From positions 13,392,001 through 13,456,000 of the forward strand of contig OX597828.1 of the NCBI GenBank assembly GCA_951406725.2: a stretch of DNA of 64,000 bases, given 5' to 3'. The position numbers were made by a program, and so were the translations under genes. Source of the DNA: Octopus vulgaris. Its lineage: Eukaryota. The stretch's first letter is position 1, and every line of letters begins with the position of its first letter. The notes beneath the pieces are model-generated. The model worked only from the letters and a program-made list of their open reading frames with translations, was not told the origin of the DNA and did not search any database. Of this stretch, positions 1 through 12,680 are shown one piece after another.

Positions 1-35
1 CTCGACGCTCTAACCACTGAGCCATGTGCCTTCAC
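1..35 (-). mobile_element. 5' end of tRNA-derived SINE family B, truncated by window edge
   Basis: Reverse complement gtgaaggcacatggctcagtggttagagcgtcgag matches the head of the copy at 1674. Confidence 0.75.
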
Positions 36-823
36 CAATTTAATAAAGATAAAAATATTCTACTATTTAGTTGTATTAATTCATATGACAATGAAGCCCT
101 TGAATCCAAGGAAATTAGTTAAAGTCTGTCATGGTATCCTGAATATTATATATTATACATACGCATTAACACTTTACAGTATACTTACATATATACATAC
201 ATCTGTACATCAATTTAAAACAACAGGAATACTAAAGGAAGGCTGAAATTTAAGAGAAGGGAAAAATCAAAAGGTCTCATGTTATTCATTTAATAATTCC
301 CGAGTAGAACTTATTATTATTAACTCCACCTTTGAAACTATTTTGAATGGTAAATTTGTTAACTTTGGCTTGTATTAGATAAGGATAAACTATTTATTAC
401 TGTTAGTAAATTTTCTACAGCTACCTTCACATTCCATGACCACTTAGCGATCAATCAGGTACTGGGCAAGGATTCTGGATTATTTTGCCGGTTTTTTACT
501 TAAATTTTGAGAGCAGTCGGATTCATTTTTTAGTATTCTTGTTTGTGAGAGCAGTTGAGTTTATTTCAGATATTCTCATTTTTAAAAAAAGTCATCTCTG
601 GCTAATCGTTGAGAGGACGTTGGTGTTGCGTTGGCGGAGGTTTGCGCTCTTGTTGTTAATGTTTTGCTTAGTTGCAAGTCTTCCTGCAGAACGACTTAAG
701 AAACCAAAGATGATCAAAAAATAATAATTGAAGAAATAAAGAAGTATTTAGAAGTGATTAGAGAGAGAGGGGGTGGGGGGGGAAGAAGAAAAAGAAAGAA
801 GGAAAGAAATAAAGCAGCATTAA

Positions 824-1048
824 CTCTTTTGATGTCAACCTGCCTGATACCACCCACGATTCTATGAAACAAGTTCCCTGTTTCAAAGAGATCTAAATTA
901 AAACCTTCCAGCAAAATCTTCAATGATTTATTTACATTCCAAACACCAACTTAATAATGGCAAAGTTATTTTAATAAATTCTTCATTATTTTGAAAATTG
1001 ATTGAAACAATAGCAGTGTATTTCAACAGAGATATGGTAATGAAAGGG
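824..1048. mobile_element. TTAA-flanked non-autonomous element (piggyBac-like MITE)
   Basis: TTAA at 820-823 and 1049-1052; ends ctctttt...aaaggg; related sequence recurs at about 2200-2425. Confidence 0.55.
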
Positions 1049-1276
1049 TTAAAATAACTTGCATTGAAATATTGTGCTCACTAGAAATAATGAAGCAAGC
1101 AACAAAGGAATCATGGAATCACAGAATTGTTGAACAAAGGAATCACAGAATCCTATAGTCAAGAGCGTCCTAGCCTCAACCATCTCATCTTTTTGTATGC
1201 CAGGGAATAACTATTTTGTCCAATCTAGCCTTCTTCATTTAATACTTTTGGTGCCATATTTCTGTTGAAATAAGCT

Positions 1277-1626
1277 GCTGGCATGGCTATGTGGTAAGAA
1301 GCTTACTTCCCAACCATGTGGTGCTGGGTTCAGTCCCACTGTATGACACCTTGGGCAAGTTTCTTTTACTCTCGCCTCAAGCCAAGCAAAGACTTGTGAG
1401 TGGATTTGGTAGACAGAAACTGAAAGCAGCTCGTCATATGTGTACATGTGTGTGTGTGTGTGTGTGTGTGTTTTCCCCACCACCCACTCCTTGACAACCA
1501 GTGTTGGCGTATTTACATTCCTGTAACTTAGCAGTTTGGCAAAAGAGATTGATAGAATAAGTACCAGGCAGTGATCCAGCATGGCTGCAATCCAATGACT
1601 GAAGTAAGTAAAAGAAATAAAAGATA
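1277..1626 (+). mobile_element. tRNA-derived SINE family A (internal TG/TA microsatellite, 3' end gactgaaacaagtaaaaga)
   Basis: Head tggctatgtggtaagaagctt...gggttcagtcccactg, ccttgggcaagt core, ggatttggtagacagaaactgaaag; about 20 copies in the window. Confidence 0.85.
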
Positions 1627-1673
1627 AAAGAAAGCATTATTTTGCAGAATATTTTTTTATCTTTATTAAATTG

Positions 1674-1980
1674 GTGAAGGTGCATGGCTCAGTGGTTAGA
1701 GCGTCAAGCTTACGATCTTGAGGTTGTGTGTTCGAATCCCGAACCGGGCTGCGTGTTGTGTTCTTGAGCAAGACACTTTATTTCACATAACTCCAGTTCA
1801 CTCAGCTGTAGATATGAGTTGCAACATCACAAGTGACAAGCTGTATCGGCCTTTGCCTTTCCCTTGGATAACACTGGTAGTGTGGAGAGGCCAGTATGCA
1901 TGGGCGACTGCTGGACTTGTGCCTGGGAGGGTAACTTTCTAGGTGCAATCCCATGGTCATTTATGACCAAAGGGGGTCTC
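1674..1980 (+). mobile_element. tRNA-derived SINE family B
   Basis: A box tggctcagtggttagagc, B box gttcgaatccc, central ttcttgagcaagacacttt; other copies at 6265-6735(-) and 15307-15643(-). Confidence 0.85.
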
Positions 1981-2592
1981 GGCATTAACTTGGTGTTTTG
2001 AACATAAAATGAAATTTCGATGGAAACCTCTAATTTAGATCATTGTAACTCTTTATCAATCAAACAAGCCATATCTAGCCCTAAATATCTTACCTGTTTT
2101 ATGTTCAAAGCAGCCTGATCCAACCTTTCGCACCAACCCTACAATGTCATTCTAAAAGTAAACAATCGCGTCATTGAACTCCCACAGTTACAAGCTTATA
2201 CATGAGTTAGCCTTTTGATACCAACCCGGCCAAAACCACCTCTGGTTCTCTAGTACAAATGCCTTGTTTTTCATAAGTATTGAATTAAAATCTTCCACCA
2301 ATTTATGTTCCTAACACTAGCTTAATGATAACTAAGTCATTTTACTAAATTCTTAGTTATATATTTAAATTAATTAAAAGAAACACAGAGCCTCTCAAAA
2401 ATAAATACGGTAACAAAAGGGTTTATCCACAATAATCCTTTCTACTACAGGCACAAGGCCTGAAATTTGGGGGAGAGGGAAAGTTGATTGTATCAACCTT
2501 AGTGTTTCACTGGTACTTAATTTATTGACCCCTCCCCCCACCGAAAGGATGACCTTATATGCCAGCAGTTGTAAAAATAGTGGTGGTAGTGG

Positions 2593-2978
2593 TAGGAGTG
2601 GCTATGTGGTAAGTAGCTTTCTTACCCACCACATGGTCCCGGGTTCAGTCCCACTGCATGGCACCTTGGGCAAGTGTCTTCTACTATAGCCTCGGGCCGA
2701 CCAAAGCCTTGTGAGTGGATTTGGTAGACAGAAACTGAAAGAATCCCGTCGTATGTATATATATATATGTGTATGTTTGTGTTATTTGTGTTTGTCCCCC
2801 CAACATCGCTTGACAGCTGATGCTGGTGTTTTTACATCCCCATAACTTAGCAGTCCAGCAAAAGAGGCCAATAGAATAAGTACTAGGCTTCCAAACAATA
2901 AGTCCTGGGGCCGATTTGCTCAACTAAAGGCGGTGCTCCAGCATGGCCACAGTCAAATGACTGAAACAAGTAAAAGAG
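2593..2978 (+). mobile_element. SINE family A
   Basis: Full-length copy of the family A consensus. Confidence 0.9.
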
Positions 2979-3018
2979 TGGTGGCTGTGCCGACTGTAGT
3001 GGTTATTATTATCAATTT

Positions 3019-3700
3019 CAAATTTTGGCACAGGGCCAGCAATTTTAGGGGAGGTGAGAGTAAGTTGATTTCATCAACCTTGTTCTTTAACTGTTATTTA
3101 TTTTATCGACTTCTGAAAGGATGAAAGGTAAAGTCAACTTTGGTGGAATTTGAACTCAGAATGTGAAGACAGACGAAATGCCACTAAGCATTTTTGCCTG
3201 GTGTGCTAACAAGTCTACTACTTCACTGCCTTAATGGTTATTATAATTGGCTCCAAATTTTGGCACAAAGCCAGCAGGTTTTCAGGAGTGCTTAAGTCAA
3301 TTTAATCAACCACAGTGTTCAACTGGAATTTTATTGACCCCAAAGAGATAAAAGGCAAAATTGACCTCAATAGAATTTGAACTGAGAATCCAAGAATGCC
3401 GCTAAGTGTTTTTGTGTGGTGTGCTAACGATTCTGCCAGCTTGCTGCCATAATGGTTATTATAATTGGTTCCAAATTTTGGCACAAGGCCGGCAGGTTTT
3501 CGGGAGGGCTTAAGTCAATTAAATCGACCCCAGTGTTCAACTGGTTTTTCTTTTATTGACCTCCAAAACGATGAAAGGCAAAGTTGACCTTGACAAAATT
3601 TGAATTCAGGATGTGAAGACCAACAAACTCTGACTAAGCATTTTTGCCTAGCTTGCTACCAATTCTACCAGCTTGCTACCAATTCTACCAGCTTGCCACC
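3019..3700 (-). mobile_element. Three tandem copies of SINE family C (Meta/MESC-like core gcctttcatcctttcggggtcgataaa)
   Basis: Three repeats of aaattttggcacaaggcc...gaaaggcaaagttgacct...gaatttgaactcag...ctaagcattt; reverse complement of the copy at 56497. Confidence 0.75.
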
Positions 3701-3949
3701 TTATTGGTTTCTACTATCAACCAGAAATGAATATCATATTTTTTTTTGTTTTTTTTTTCTTTTATTTGTTTCAATCATTTGACTGTGGTCATGAAGGGTT
3801 TTAGTCAAATTGACCCCAGAACTTACTTTTTTAAGCCTAGTACTTATTCTATCGGTTTCTTTTGCTGAACTGCTAAGTTACAGGGTTATAAACGCACCAA
3901 CAAAGTTGATCTCAGCAGGATTTGAACTCACGATAAAAAGAATGTTCAT

Positions 3950-4330
3950 AGGCACAGGAGTGGCTGTGTGGTAAGTAACTTGCTTACCAACCACATGGTT
4001 CCGGGTTCATTCCACTGCATGGCACCTTGGGTAAGCATCTTCTTCTATAGCCTCAGGCCGACCAAAGCCTTGTGAGTGGATTTGGTAGATGGAAACTGAA
4101 AGAAGCCCGTCGGGTGTATGTATATGTTTGTGTGTCTGTGTTTGTCACCCCTATCATCGCTTGACAACCAATGCTGGTGTGTTTACGTCCCTGTAACTTA
4201 GCGGTCCGGCAAAAGAGACTGATAGAATAAGTACTAGGCTTACAAAGAATAAGTCCTAGGGTCGATTTGCTCGACTAAAGGCGGTGCTCCAGCATGGACA
4301 CAGTCAAATGACTCAAACAAGTAAAAGAGT
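3950..4330 (+). mobile_element. SINE family A
   Basis: Full-length copy. Confidence 0.9.
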
Positions 4331-4499
4331 AAGTTCCATGAGGCATTTTGCTTGATACTATAATAATTCTGCTAATCTGTGATTCAAGTTGATGAGGACA
4401 AGAACAACGACTATGATGATGATGATGATGGTGGAGACAAAGTAGTGATGGGGGAGACAAACACAGACACAAAGACACATAAATATATACATACATATA

Positions 4500-4790
4500 T
4501 CATCATCATCATCATCATCATCGTTTAAGGTCCATATTCCATGCTGGCATGGGTTGGACGGTTTGACTGAGGTCTGGATAGCCAGTGGCTGCACCAGGCT
4601 CCAATCTGATCTGGCAATGTTTCTACAGCTGGATGCCCTTCCTAATGCCAACCACTCTGAGAGTAAAGTGGGTGCTTTTCACATGCCACTGGCACAAGAA
4701 CCAGTCATGTGGCCCTGGCATTGATCATATTCAGATAGTGCTTTTTATGTGACACCAGCATGGGAGCTATTCCCGGGGCACTGGTATCAG
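4500..4790 (-). mobile_element. Repeat family D: (GAT)n-tailed retroposon (RTE-type 3' end/SINE)
   Basis: (cat)n tail then ccatgctggcatgggttggacg...ctggatgcccttcctaatgccaaccactc; about 10 copies in the window. Confidence 0.8.
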
Positions 4791-5629
4791 CCTCACACAC
4801 ACACATGCATATATGTATATATGCGATGAGCTTCTTTCAGTTTCTATTTACCACTCACAAGACTTTGGTTGGCCCAAGGCTGTAGTTGAAGACATTTGCC
4901 CAAGACGCCAAACAGTGGGACTGAACCTGGAACCATGTGGTTCGTAAGCAAGCTTCTTACCACACAGCCATGCCTGCACCTGTTAATTTTTTTTTCTCTT
5001 TGCTGCATAATTATTTCTAATTAATCTTCTTTGACTTTTCTTTGCATTAAATATGTTAGCGCTAATTTAGCTATTTTAAGAAATTTCTACTGAATTTGAA
5101 TCAAAAATTAAATTCTACTCCAAGATATCAGAACTCCATCCTTAGAACATAGAAGAATTTTAAGGTGAAATCTCTTAGGTTTTTGGTGAAAGATTAATTC
5201 TAATTCACCAGTCTGTTGCAGTCACTTTGAAGGTGTTGATTAATGGTTGGAAAATTAATGGCTGAGAAATTATATTCCTTGATTGAAGAGTCCATCGTCT
5301 TTTATAATATTAAGACATCTTCAATATGTCCTGTTTTCACAGTATATCAAGGTATGACTACTACTACTACTACTACTACTGCTACTGCTGCTGCTGCTGC
5401 TGCTGCCGCCACCACCACCACCTCTGCCATCACCACCACTTCATTAACATTATTCAATAGTATTTTCACCATTACCATTATCATGATATTCATTTTCTGC
5501 TCCATCCCTTCTTCCTCATCATACCATGGATGTTATCACCCTCTACCACCAACATCATCATCATTATTCCCCTCACTTCCACTACCACCATCATCATCAG
5601 CACCAGCATTATCCGGACTGTCTTCCATG

Positions 5630-6006
5630 CTGGTGGCACGTAAAAAGCACCATTCAAATGTGATTGTTAGTAGTGTCGCCTTACTGGCACTTCTGTCAGT
5701 GGCACTTCTGCCAGTGGCACATGAAAACATTTGAGCAAGGTTGTTGCCAGTGCCGCTGGACTGGCTCCTGTGCAGGTGGTATGTAAAAAACACCACTTGA
5801 GTGTGGCTGTTGCCAGTACTGCCTGACAGGCCCTCGTGCCGGTGGCATGTAAAAGCACCCACTACACTCTTGGAGTGGTTGGTGTTAGGAAGGGCATCGA
5901 GCTGTAGTAACTCTGCCAGATCAGATTGGAGCCTGGTGCAGCCATCTGGTTCGTCAAATCGTCCAACCCATGCTAGCATGGAAAGCGAACGTTAAATGAT
6001 GATGAT
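5630..6006 (+). mobile_element. Repeat family D
   Basis: Tandem ggtggcacgtaaaaagcacc subrepeats, then conserved 3' end and gatgatgat tail. Confidence 0.8.
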
Positions 6007-6264
6007 GCTCTCAACATCCACCGTCATCACCATCACTATCATTTTAGACCTAGTTATCATCCCCACTTCCATCACCATTATCATAGTCGTTGTTCTTGTC
6101 CTCATCATCCAGTTAAATGGCAGATTAGCGGAATGATTATAGCATCAGGCAAAATGCCTCATAGCACTTAGTTAACATTCTTTTTATTGTGAGTTCAAAT
6201 CCTGCTGCGATCAATTTTCCCTCCTGTCGTTTTGGGGTTGGTAAAATAAAGGCTTAAGGGTTAA

Positions 6265-6735
6265 AGACCCCCTTTGGTCATGAGTGACCATGGGATTGCA
6301 CCTAGAAAGTTCCCCATCTATGGCACAATCTGGGCAAAGTTGTTTTATGGGCAACTAGCAGTCACCCATGCATACCAGCCTCCCCTCTCCACACCACCAG
6401 TGTTACCCAAGGAGACCCTCTTTGGTCATGAACAACCATGGGATTGATCCTAGAAAGTTCCCCTCTGTGGCACATGTCCGGGAAAGGTTGTTTATGGAAG
6501 ACCAACAGTCGCTCATGCATACTGGCCTCCTCTCTATACACCACTGATGTTATCCAAAGGAAAGGCAAAGGCTGATACAGCTTGGCACCAGTGATGCCAC
6601 AGCTCATTTCTACAGTTGAGTGAACTGGAGCAACGTGAAATAAAGTGTCTTGCTCAAGAACATAACACACACCCGGATCCAAGAACTGAACTCACTACCT
6701 CATGATTGTGAGTCTGACATTCCAACCACTGAGCC
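6265..6735 (-). mobile_element. SINE family B with duplicated 3' half
   Basis: 3' segment gacccc...ttggtcatga...ccatgggatt occurs twice (6265, 6413). Confidence 0.75.
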
Positions 6736-6954
6736 ATACTTGGTAAAATAAAGAACCAGCTAAGTACTAGAGGTAAATTTCTCCTTCCCCAAAATTCTGT
6801 TATAGCCGTGTGTGTTGATTTACCAGAAAGAAACTGAAAAGAAGCCTTTGTGTGCGTTCCTCTGGAGGATTGAGTGAAAGCACCAGACCTGTTATAAAAT
6901 GCTGTCTGAGTTAGCTCCATCGCACGAAACTTAGTAGCTCATAAAAATACATTA

Positions 6955-7325
6955 CTCTTTTTATTCTTTTACTTGTTTCAGTCATTTGACTGTGGCCATG
7001 CTGGAGCACCGCCTCGAAGTGTTTTTGTTGAACAATTCAATCGCAGGACTTGTTTTTAAGCCTAGTACTTACTTATTCTACTGGTCTCTTTGCTGAACCG
7101 CTTAAGTTATGGGGATGTAGACACACCAACACTGGTCGTCAAGTGATTATGCGAGGGCAGACACACATGACGGACTTCTTTCAGCTTCCATCTACTAAAT
7201 CCACTCTCAAGGCTTTGGTCGGCCCAAAGCTGTTGTAAAAGACACTTGATCAAGTTGCCACACTGTGGAACTGAACTTGGAACCATGTGGTTGGGAAGCA
7301 AGCTTCTTACCACACAGCCATGCCT
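6955..7325 (-). mobile_element. SINE family A
   Basis: Reverse-complement copy. Confidence 0.85.
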
Positions 7326-7382
7326 AAACAATATTTTTCTCTCACCAGATAGTTTTTTTTTTTATCTTACCATTACAGAACA

Positions 7383-7426
<44 letters not shown>

Positions 7427-7499
7427 TTTGATAGGTTTCAGCCATTATTGGCCCAGGCCATGTCTAACTTAATAGCACCACCTGGTGAAGTCTTTCAAG

Positions 7500-10400
7500 T
7501 CAGAATTTGGGCACTATGGCCCAGTCAAGTAGAGAGTTATTGTTTACAGAGACATATCCGGGTGTAGGGGGTTTATCCGGGATTTCTTGAAGGAATCTGT
7601 CCAAAGACTTCTTGAACCCTGTAGGGTCTGTTTCTGTTTTAATGTGTTTTGGTGTAATGTTAAAGAGAGCGGGGCCAATTGAGGTGAAATAATTGTGCCA
7701 TATTGTTGTTGTGAGATGAGAGTGCGATTTTTGTTGTGGACGGATGGCACGGGGCCCAAGCCTTGGATGTACCTTAAAGGTGATGCCAACATCATTTGGG
7801 CAATGCTGATGGAATATTTTCCACATCATGCAGATGATGTAGCGCTCATGGCGACGTTGGAGAGAATAAAGTTTTAGCTTTTCTAGTCGACCGCAATAGT
7901 CGAGGCCTGTCATGCCATCTATCTTTTTTGTGATTGCCCTTTGAGGTGCTTCAACTTTTATGATACTTTGTTTTGTGTGGGGAGACCACAGTGAACAACA
8001 GTATTCAAGGTGGGGTCGGGCAAAAGTGGAGAAGAGAAGGATAATGGTGTGGATATCTCTTGACTGGAAAGTTCTGAGAATCCAGGAACACATTCTGCGG
8101 GCCATGTCAACTTTGGTGTTTATATGAGTGGCCAAGCTTATGTTGTTGTCCACAATTACTCCCAAGTATCTGATGTTGTTGGATGCCACGAGAGTTTCAC
8201 CTGAAGGAAGGGAGTATGGGAGTTTCAGGGCATCCTCTTTTCCAAAGTGGATTAACTCGAATTTATCCTCGTTCAGCAGCATATTGTTCTTTTCTGCCCA
8301 TTGGATAACAGCCAGTAGATCTGACTGAAGGCATGTCCGGTCACTCGCCTCATTTATGACCTTCTGGAGCTTGGAATCATCTGCAAAGATTTTTATGTTG
8401 CTGTGCTTGATGATGTCATTAATGTCATTAATGTAGATGATGAAAAGAAGTGGGCCCAGCACATTGCCTTGCGGAACGCCACTACTGACTTTGGCTGGGC
8501 TTGATTTTACTCCTTTCAACTACAACATGTTGAGATCTGTCTGTCAGGAAACACTTGATCCATTTCAGTAACTTTCCAGAGACACCAATGTTGGATAGTT
8601 TTTTTCAATAGGATCTTGTGATCAACCCTGTCTTGCTGAAATCAAGGTAGATGACATCGGTGTTGGAGCCCCCTCCCAAAGCTCTCAAAATGTCATCAAA
8701 GTGATGCAGGAGCTGCGTTAGGCAGTCCTTTCCATTACGGAACTCATGTTGGTTAGAGATCACCCGTCTGTTGCTTTCCAGAAATTGGGTTATTCGAGAT
8801 CTCACCACCCTCTCAAATACCTTGATGATATGAGAGATGAGTGAGATTGGACGGTAGTTCACTGCAAGGGACTTGCTTCCTTTTTGAAAACTGGGACAGA
8901 AAGTTTTTAGGAATATAGCCAGCATCCAGTGAGTTTCTCCACAGATTTGCAAGGGGAGATGCAAGTTGGTGTCGACACACCTTCAGGACACAAGCAGGGA
9001 ACCTATCAGGGCCTACTGCTGAATTGTGTTTTATTTCGTTTATCGACGCTAAGACATCAGGGGCACCAAACGTTATGTCCGATATAGTGTGTTGGGGGTT
9101 AACATCACTGATACCGCCCAGATCGGCCATATCAGGATTGCTGAAAACAGAGCAGTATTGTTTCTGCAGTATCTCGGCCATGGATTTGGCATTATCTTGG
9201 AGAGTGCCATTTTCATCAATTAAAGGGCCAACAGTGGAGACAGTGACCCTGTGTTTCCTCGCAAATGGAAAGAACACTTTGAGGTTGAGTTTGATTTTTT
9301 TCAATGGCCCACTTCTCCTCAACTGATCTTTGGTTATTGATTAGGGTCTTCATTGCTGTTGGCAGTATTTTAGTTTGTTCTTTTTATTTTTCTGATAATA
9401 GTTTTTCTGTTTTGGGGGATTCTGCACTTTTTGTTCACAGGTCTTGGTGGGGAGTGTTTTGCACATATGATTGTGACGGTGTCTACAAAGATCTGCCAAG
9501 ATGTTTTATTGTTGGTGGAGATGTGTGTATGTGTAAAGAACCAGTCAACATGTGATAGCTCGTTCTTGATTGCATCCCAGTTGGCATTATGGAGATCCAT
9601 GTTATCAAATGGGTGGGCTGGAGGGAGGTCACTAGGATTAGCTTTCGGCTGGTGGAATTTCATGTTACAGAGAACCATGTCATGGTCTGAAAGAAGGTTT
9701 TTTTTCTACTGTAATGTTATGTATAGTGTTAGTGTGGTTACTAAACACTAGGTCCAAAATGTTCTTCTGATGTCTTGTTGGTGCAAGGACAAGTTGGGAC
9801 AAGAAAAACTCATTCATAAAGTCGAAAAGTGACTCTACTGCTTCTTTGTCAGCGGTTGAGGCAGGTGTGCTTGGTTTCAAACAGTTTGTAGTCCAGTCAA
9901 CACAGGGTAGATTGAAGTCTCCCATCATGAGTAGGTTGCTAGAATGGCACTGTTGAATAAAGCACTTAATGCTGTTGAGGCATTCTTTAAAGCGCAGTAT
10001 GGGTGTTTGGGGTGGCCTATAGAGCCCAACTACTGTCAGGTCATTGGCTTTGTTGTGCACGGTGACTGATTCACAGTAGCCGTTGGAAAATATGCTATTT
10101 CCATCTGCCGTAAACGAATCATGCAGGAAAATGGCAGTTCCATCCTTCCTTCTGCCGATACGATCCGCGCGGATGGTTGTGAAATTATTCACTCTCACTT
10201 TGGCTTCCAAATGGGAGTTGTCAAGGTGGGTCTCAGTGAGAATGAAGAAAGGGATGTGGTGTGGATGGTTACCAACCCAGTCTTCAATGAATTGGACCTT
10301 CATTTTTGTGCATTGATGGAAGGGCTGACACCTTGTGCATTGAGTAGAAATGTGGAGGTTAGTGTAGTGGCTGGTTTTGACTGTTGCAGGGGGCTTGGAT
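7500..10400 (-). pseudogene. LINE ORF2 (APE endonuclease + reverse transcriptase), broken by frameshifts
   Basis: EN motifs LNAQG, LTETHL, YRPP, MGDFNLP, PTRHQKNILDLVFSN; RT motifs NYRPISL, YLDFSK, GVPQGNVLGPLLFIIYIND, FADD, YLGVIVD; CR1-type C-terminus LEYCCSLWSP, LYSLQRR. Confidence 0.93.
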
Positions 10401-10759
10401 TTTTTTTGTGTGTTAGTGACAGCAATGTGGGGAATTGGTGCACTGGGATAATAGCATAGGATGGTGTTGAGTGATGGCTAGAATGTTTTTGTGTATCTCT
10501 TTTGCCATGTTCAACATGGCTAAAAAAGAATTTTCCTGATTGGGGAGCAGTTTTTGGCTGGAGGTGTGGTTGCACTGTTGGATAGGGTTGTAGTTTCTGC
10601 TTTTGTTGTTGTTGTTTTTGTGTCTTCGTGAAAAGACTGGACCAGCATTACTGCAGCATGGTGTGTTTTTATTTTTATTTTTACTCTGGTTTGTGTGTTG
10701 GCTTGAAGCCCCGTTTCTGTTTGTGCGTCGGGTCCCTGGAAGATGAGTGAAGGGACAGT

Positions 10760-11509
10760 CACTCAGCAGACATATTCTCTCACGTTGGGAATACCGGCAG
10801 ATTTTGGGACTCTGAGTTGTGTGTGTTTTGACTTTCGATTTACTATTTGGTGGTGTTGATGTTATTGTGGGATGCGTGCTTTGGCCTTGGCCGGTAATGC
10901 GTCTAGTGCCAGGTAGATGTGTGAAGATGCAGTCACTACTTGTGCAGAGCCTCTGACGCAGTGAATAACGGCATATTTTGGGGCGGGCGCATTCTGCTTC
11001 ATATGTTTTTTTTAGGTTTTTACTGCAGTAGTATTGAGGTGGCGATGTGGGGGAAGAGAGCAGTGGTTTCTTATTTGGTTTTTTATTAGTAGTATTTTTG
11101 GTGATAGAAGACGATGGTGGCAGCGGTGGTGATGATGATGATGATGATAATTGTGGTGGTTGCTGTGAGAGCTAGGGTCAGCTATTATGCTGGGACCTAG
11201 GAGTGGCTCATTCTGTTGTTGTTGTTGTTGATTTTCTAGCTGTTGCTGTTCTTGAACAGTGAAAATATAAAGAAGTTTTTCAAAATGGCTTTTAGTTAGT
11301 TTGAAAGAGGCTTCGATATGCTTCAGTCTGCTACGAATCTGTTTGACGGATCTTGTGTTGATTATTTGCGATGTTTTTTCGGCAATCTCATTCAAACACA
11401 AAGCATTTAAATTTTCTGTTTGGGAAAGAGAGAACCAAGAGTTAATTAAGACATCAATTTCATTATCAGACCAATTTCGTCTGTTGCAGGCCTGCAGGTT
11501 AGTCGTCAT
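10760..11509 (-). pseudogene. LINE ORF1 (Myb/SANT-like N-terminus, Q/H-rich linker, CCCH zinc finger)
   Basis: RRNWSDNEIDVLINSW...RSVKQIRSRLKHI in ORF 11012-11509; manual translation of 10899-10985(-) gives RPKICRYSLRQRLCTSSDCIFTHLPGTRR (C-x8-C-x4-C-x3-H). Confidence 0.7.
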
Positions 11510-11619
11510 GTTCGTTTTTCTTTTGATCTTTGATATATATATATTCTTTCTTGTGAGTTAAAGAAGTCATCCTATATGGATCCTTTCTGCTTCTTTAATC
11601 AATTATATAAAATACAAAC

Positions 11620-12000
11620 TCTCTTTTACTTGTTTCAGTCATTTGACTGCGGCCATGCTGGAGCACAGCCTTTAGTCGAGCAAATTGACTCCGGGACTTA
11701 TTCTTTGTAAGCCTAATACTTATTCTATCAGTTCTTTTTTACCGAACTGCTAAGTGATGGGGACATAAACACACCAGCATCGGTTGTCAAGCAATGCTAC
11801 GGGCACAAACACGGACACACATATATACATATATATGACGGGTTTCTTTCAGTTTCCGCCTACCAAATCCACTCACAAGACTTTGGTCGGCCCGAGGCTA
11901 TTGTAGAAGACACTTGCCCAAGGTGTCATGCAGTGGGACTGAACCCGGAACCATGTGGTTGGTAAACAAGCTACTTACCACACAGCCGCTCCTGCGCCTA
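11620..12000 (-). mobile_element. SINE family A
   Basis: Reverse-complement full-length copy. Confidence 0.9.
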
Positions 12001-12680
12001 TAGAATGGAGAATGGGGAATTATACATTTTTAATTCGTATTTTACAATTTACAATTTGCTTAGGTGTGTTTCAGATAATGCCGTGTTGCATTAGTTCTGC
12101 ACATTCATCCTTCCACATTTAATTTATAGCAGCATTACATAGATTTAGGGGGGAAAAAAATACTCAGTATATCTTTCTCAAAGCAATCACACTGCTAGGA
12201 AAAGAGAACAGAAGCCAACATGTCACAGTAGTAAACTATCTCAAAATTGACCAGCAGTAACCTGCCTGGAGGGTGAGGGAAAGTACCTCTACTTAGGAAA
12301 AATAAAGTTGAGGTAGTATTGAAATCTGATATGGTAGGAATTCCTATTGTAGTTAAACTTTTACTGACCTCCATAAAGAAGATAAAGTGCTTGTGTTTTT
12401 AGGCTGTATCAAAAGTACATTATTATTGAGGTCACTCATATTATTGACCACTAATGGCTAAAGAAACAGGCTGCTGTATGGAAAACAGGCTGTTTAGTTA
12501 AAGTTACTATGAGAAAGATAGACTGTAATTTTTTTCGTAACCGTAAGATACTGTAATCTGCTCAGAAAAAAAAAATATACTTCAAATCTGAGCTAAGATG
12601 ATAATAAGAGAATTTCAGTACCTGTAACAAAGCATAAAGAAAGAAGCAACTGGAAATTAAAAGTAAAAAAAATATTTATA

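Larger units (their letters stand above)
7426..11532 (-). mobile_element. Near full-length CR1-group LINE, frameshifted, flanked by (TA)n on both sides
   Basis: ORF1, APE endonuclease and RT fragments in colinear order; (TA)n at 7384-7425 and atatatatatat at 11533-11544. Confidence 0.92.

Noticed and set aside
485-724. 79-aa ORF and mildly GC-rich patch near the window start
   Set aside because: Starts at a non-ATG codon, no recognisable motif; cannot support an exon or promoter call.
1674-1750. tRNA gene
   Set aside because: tRNA-like A/B boxes continue into a multi-copy SINE body; not a standalone tRNA.
5243-5979. 163-aa and 147-aa ORFs
   Set aside because: Composed of trinucleotide repeats and a family D retroposon.
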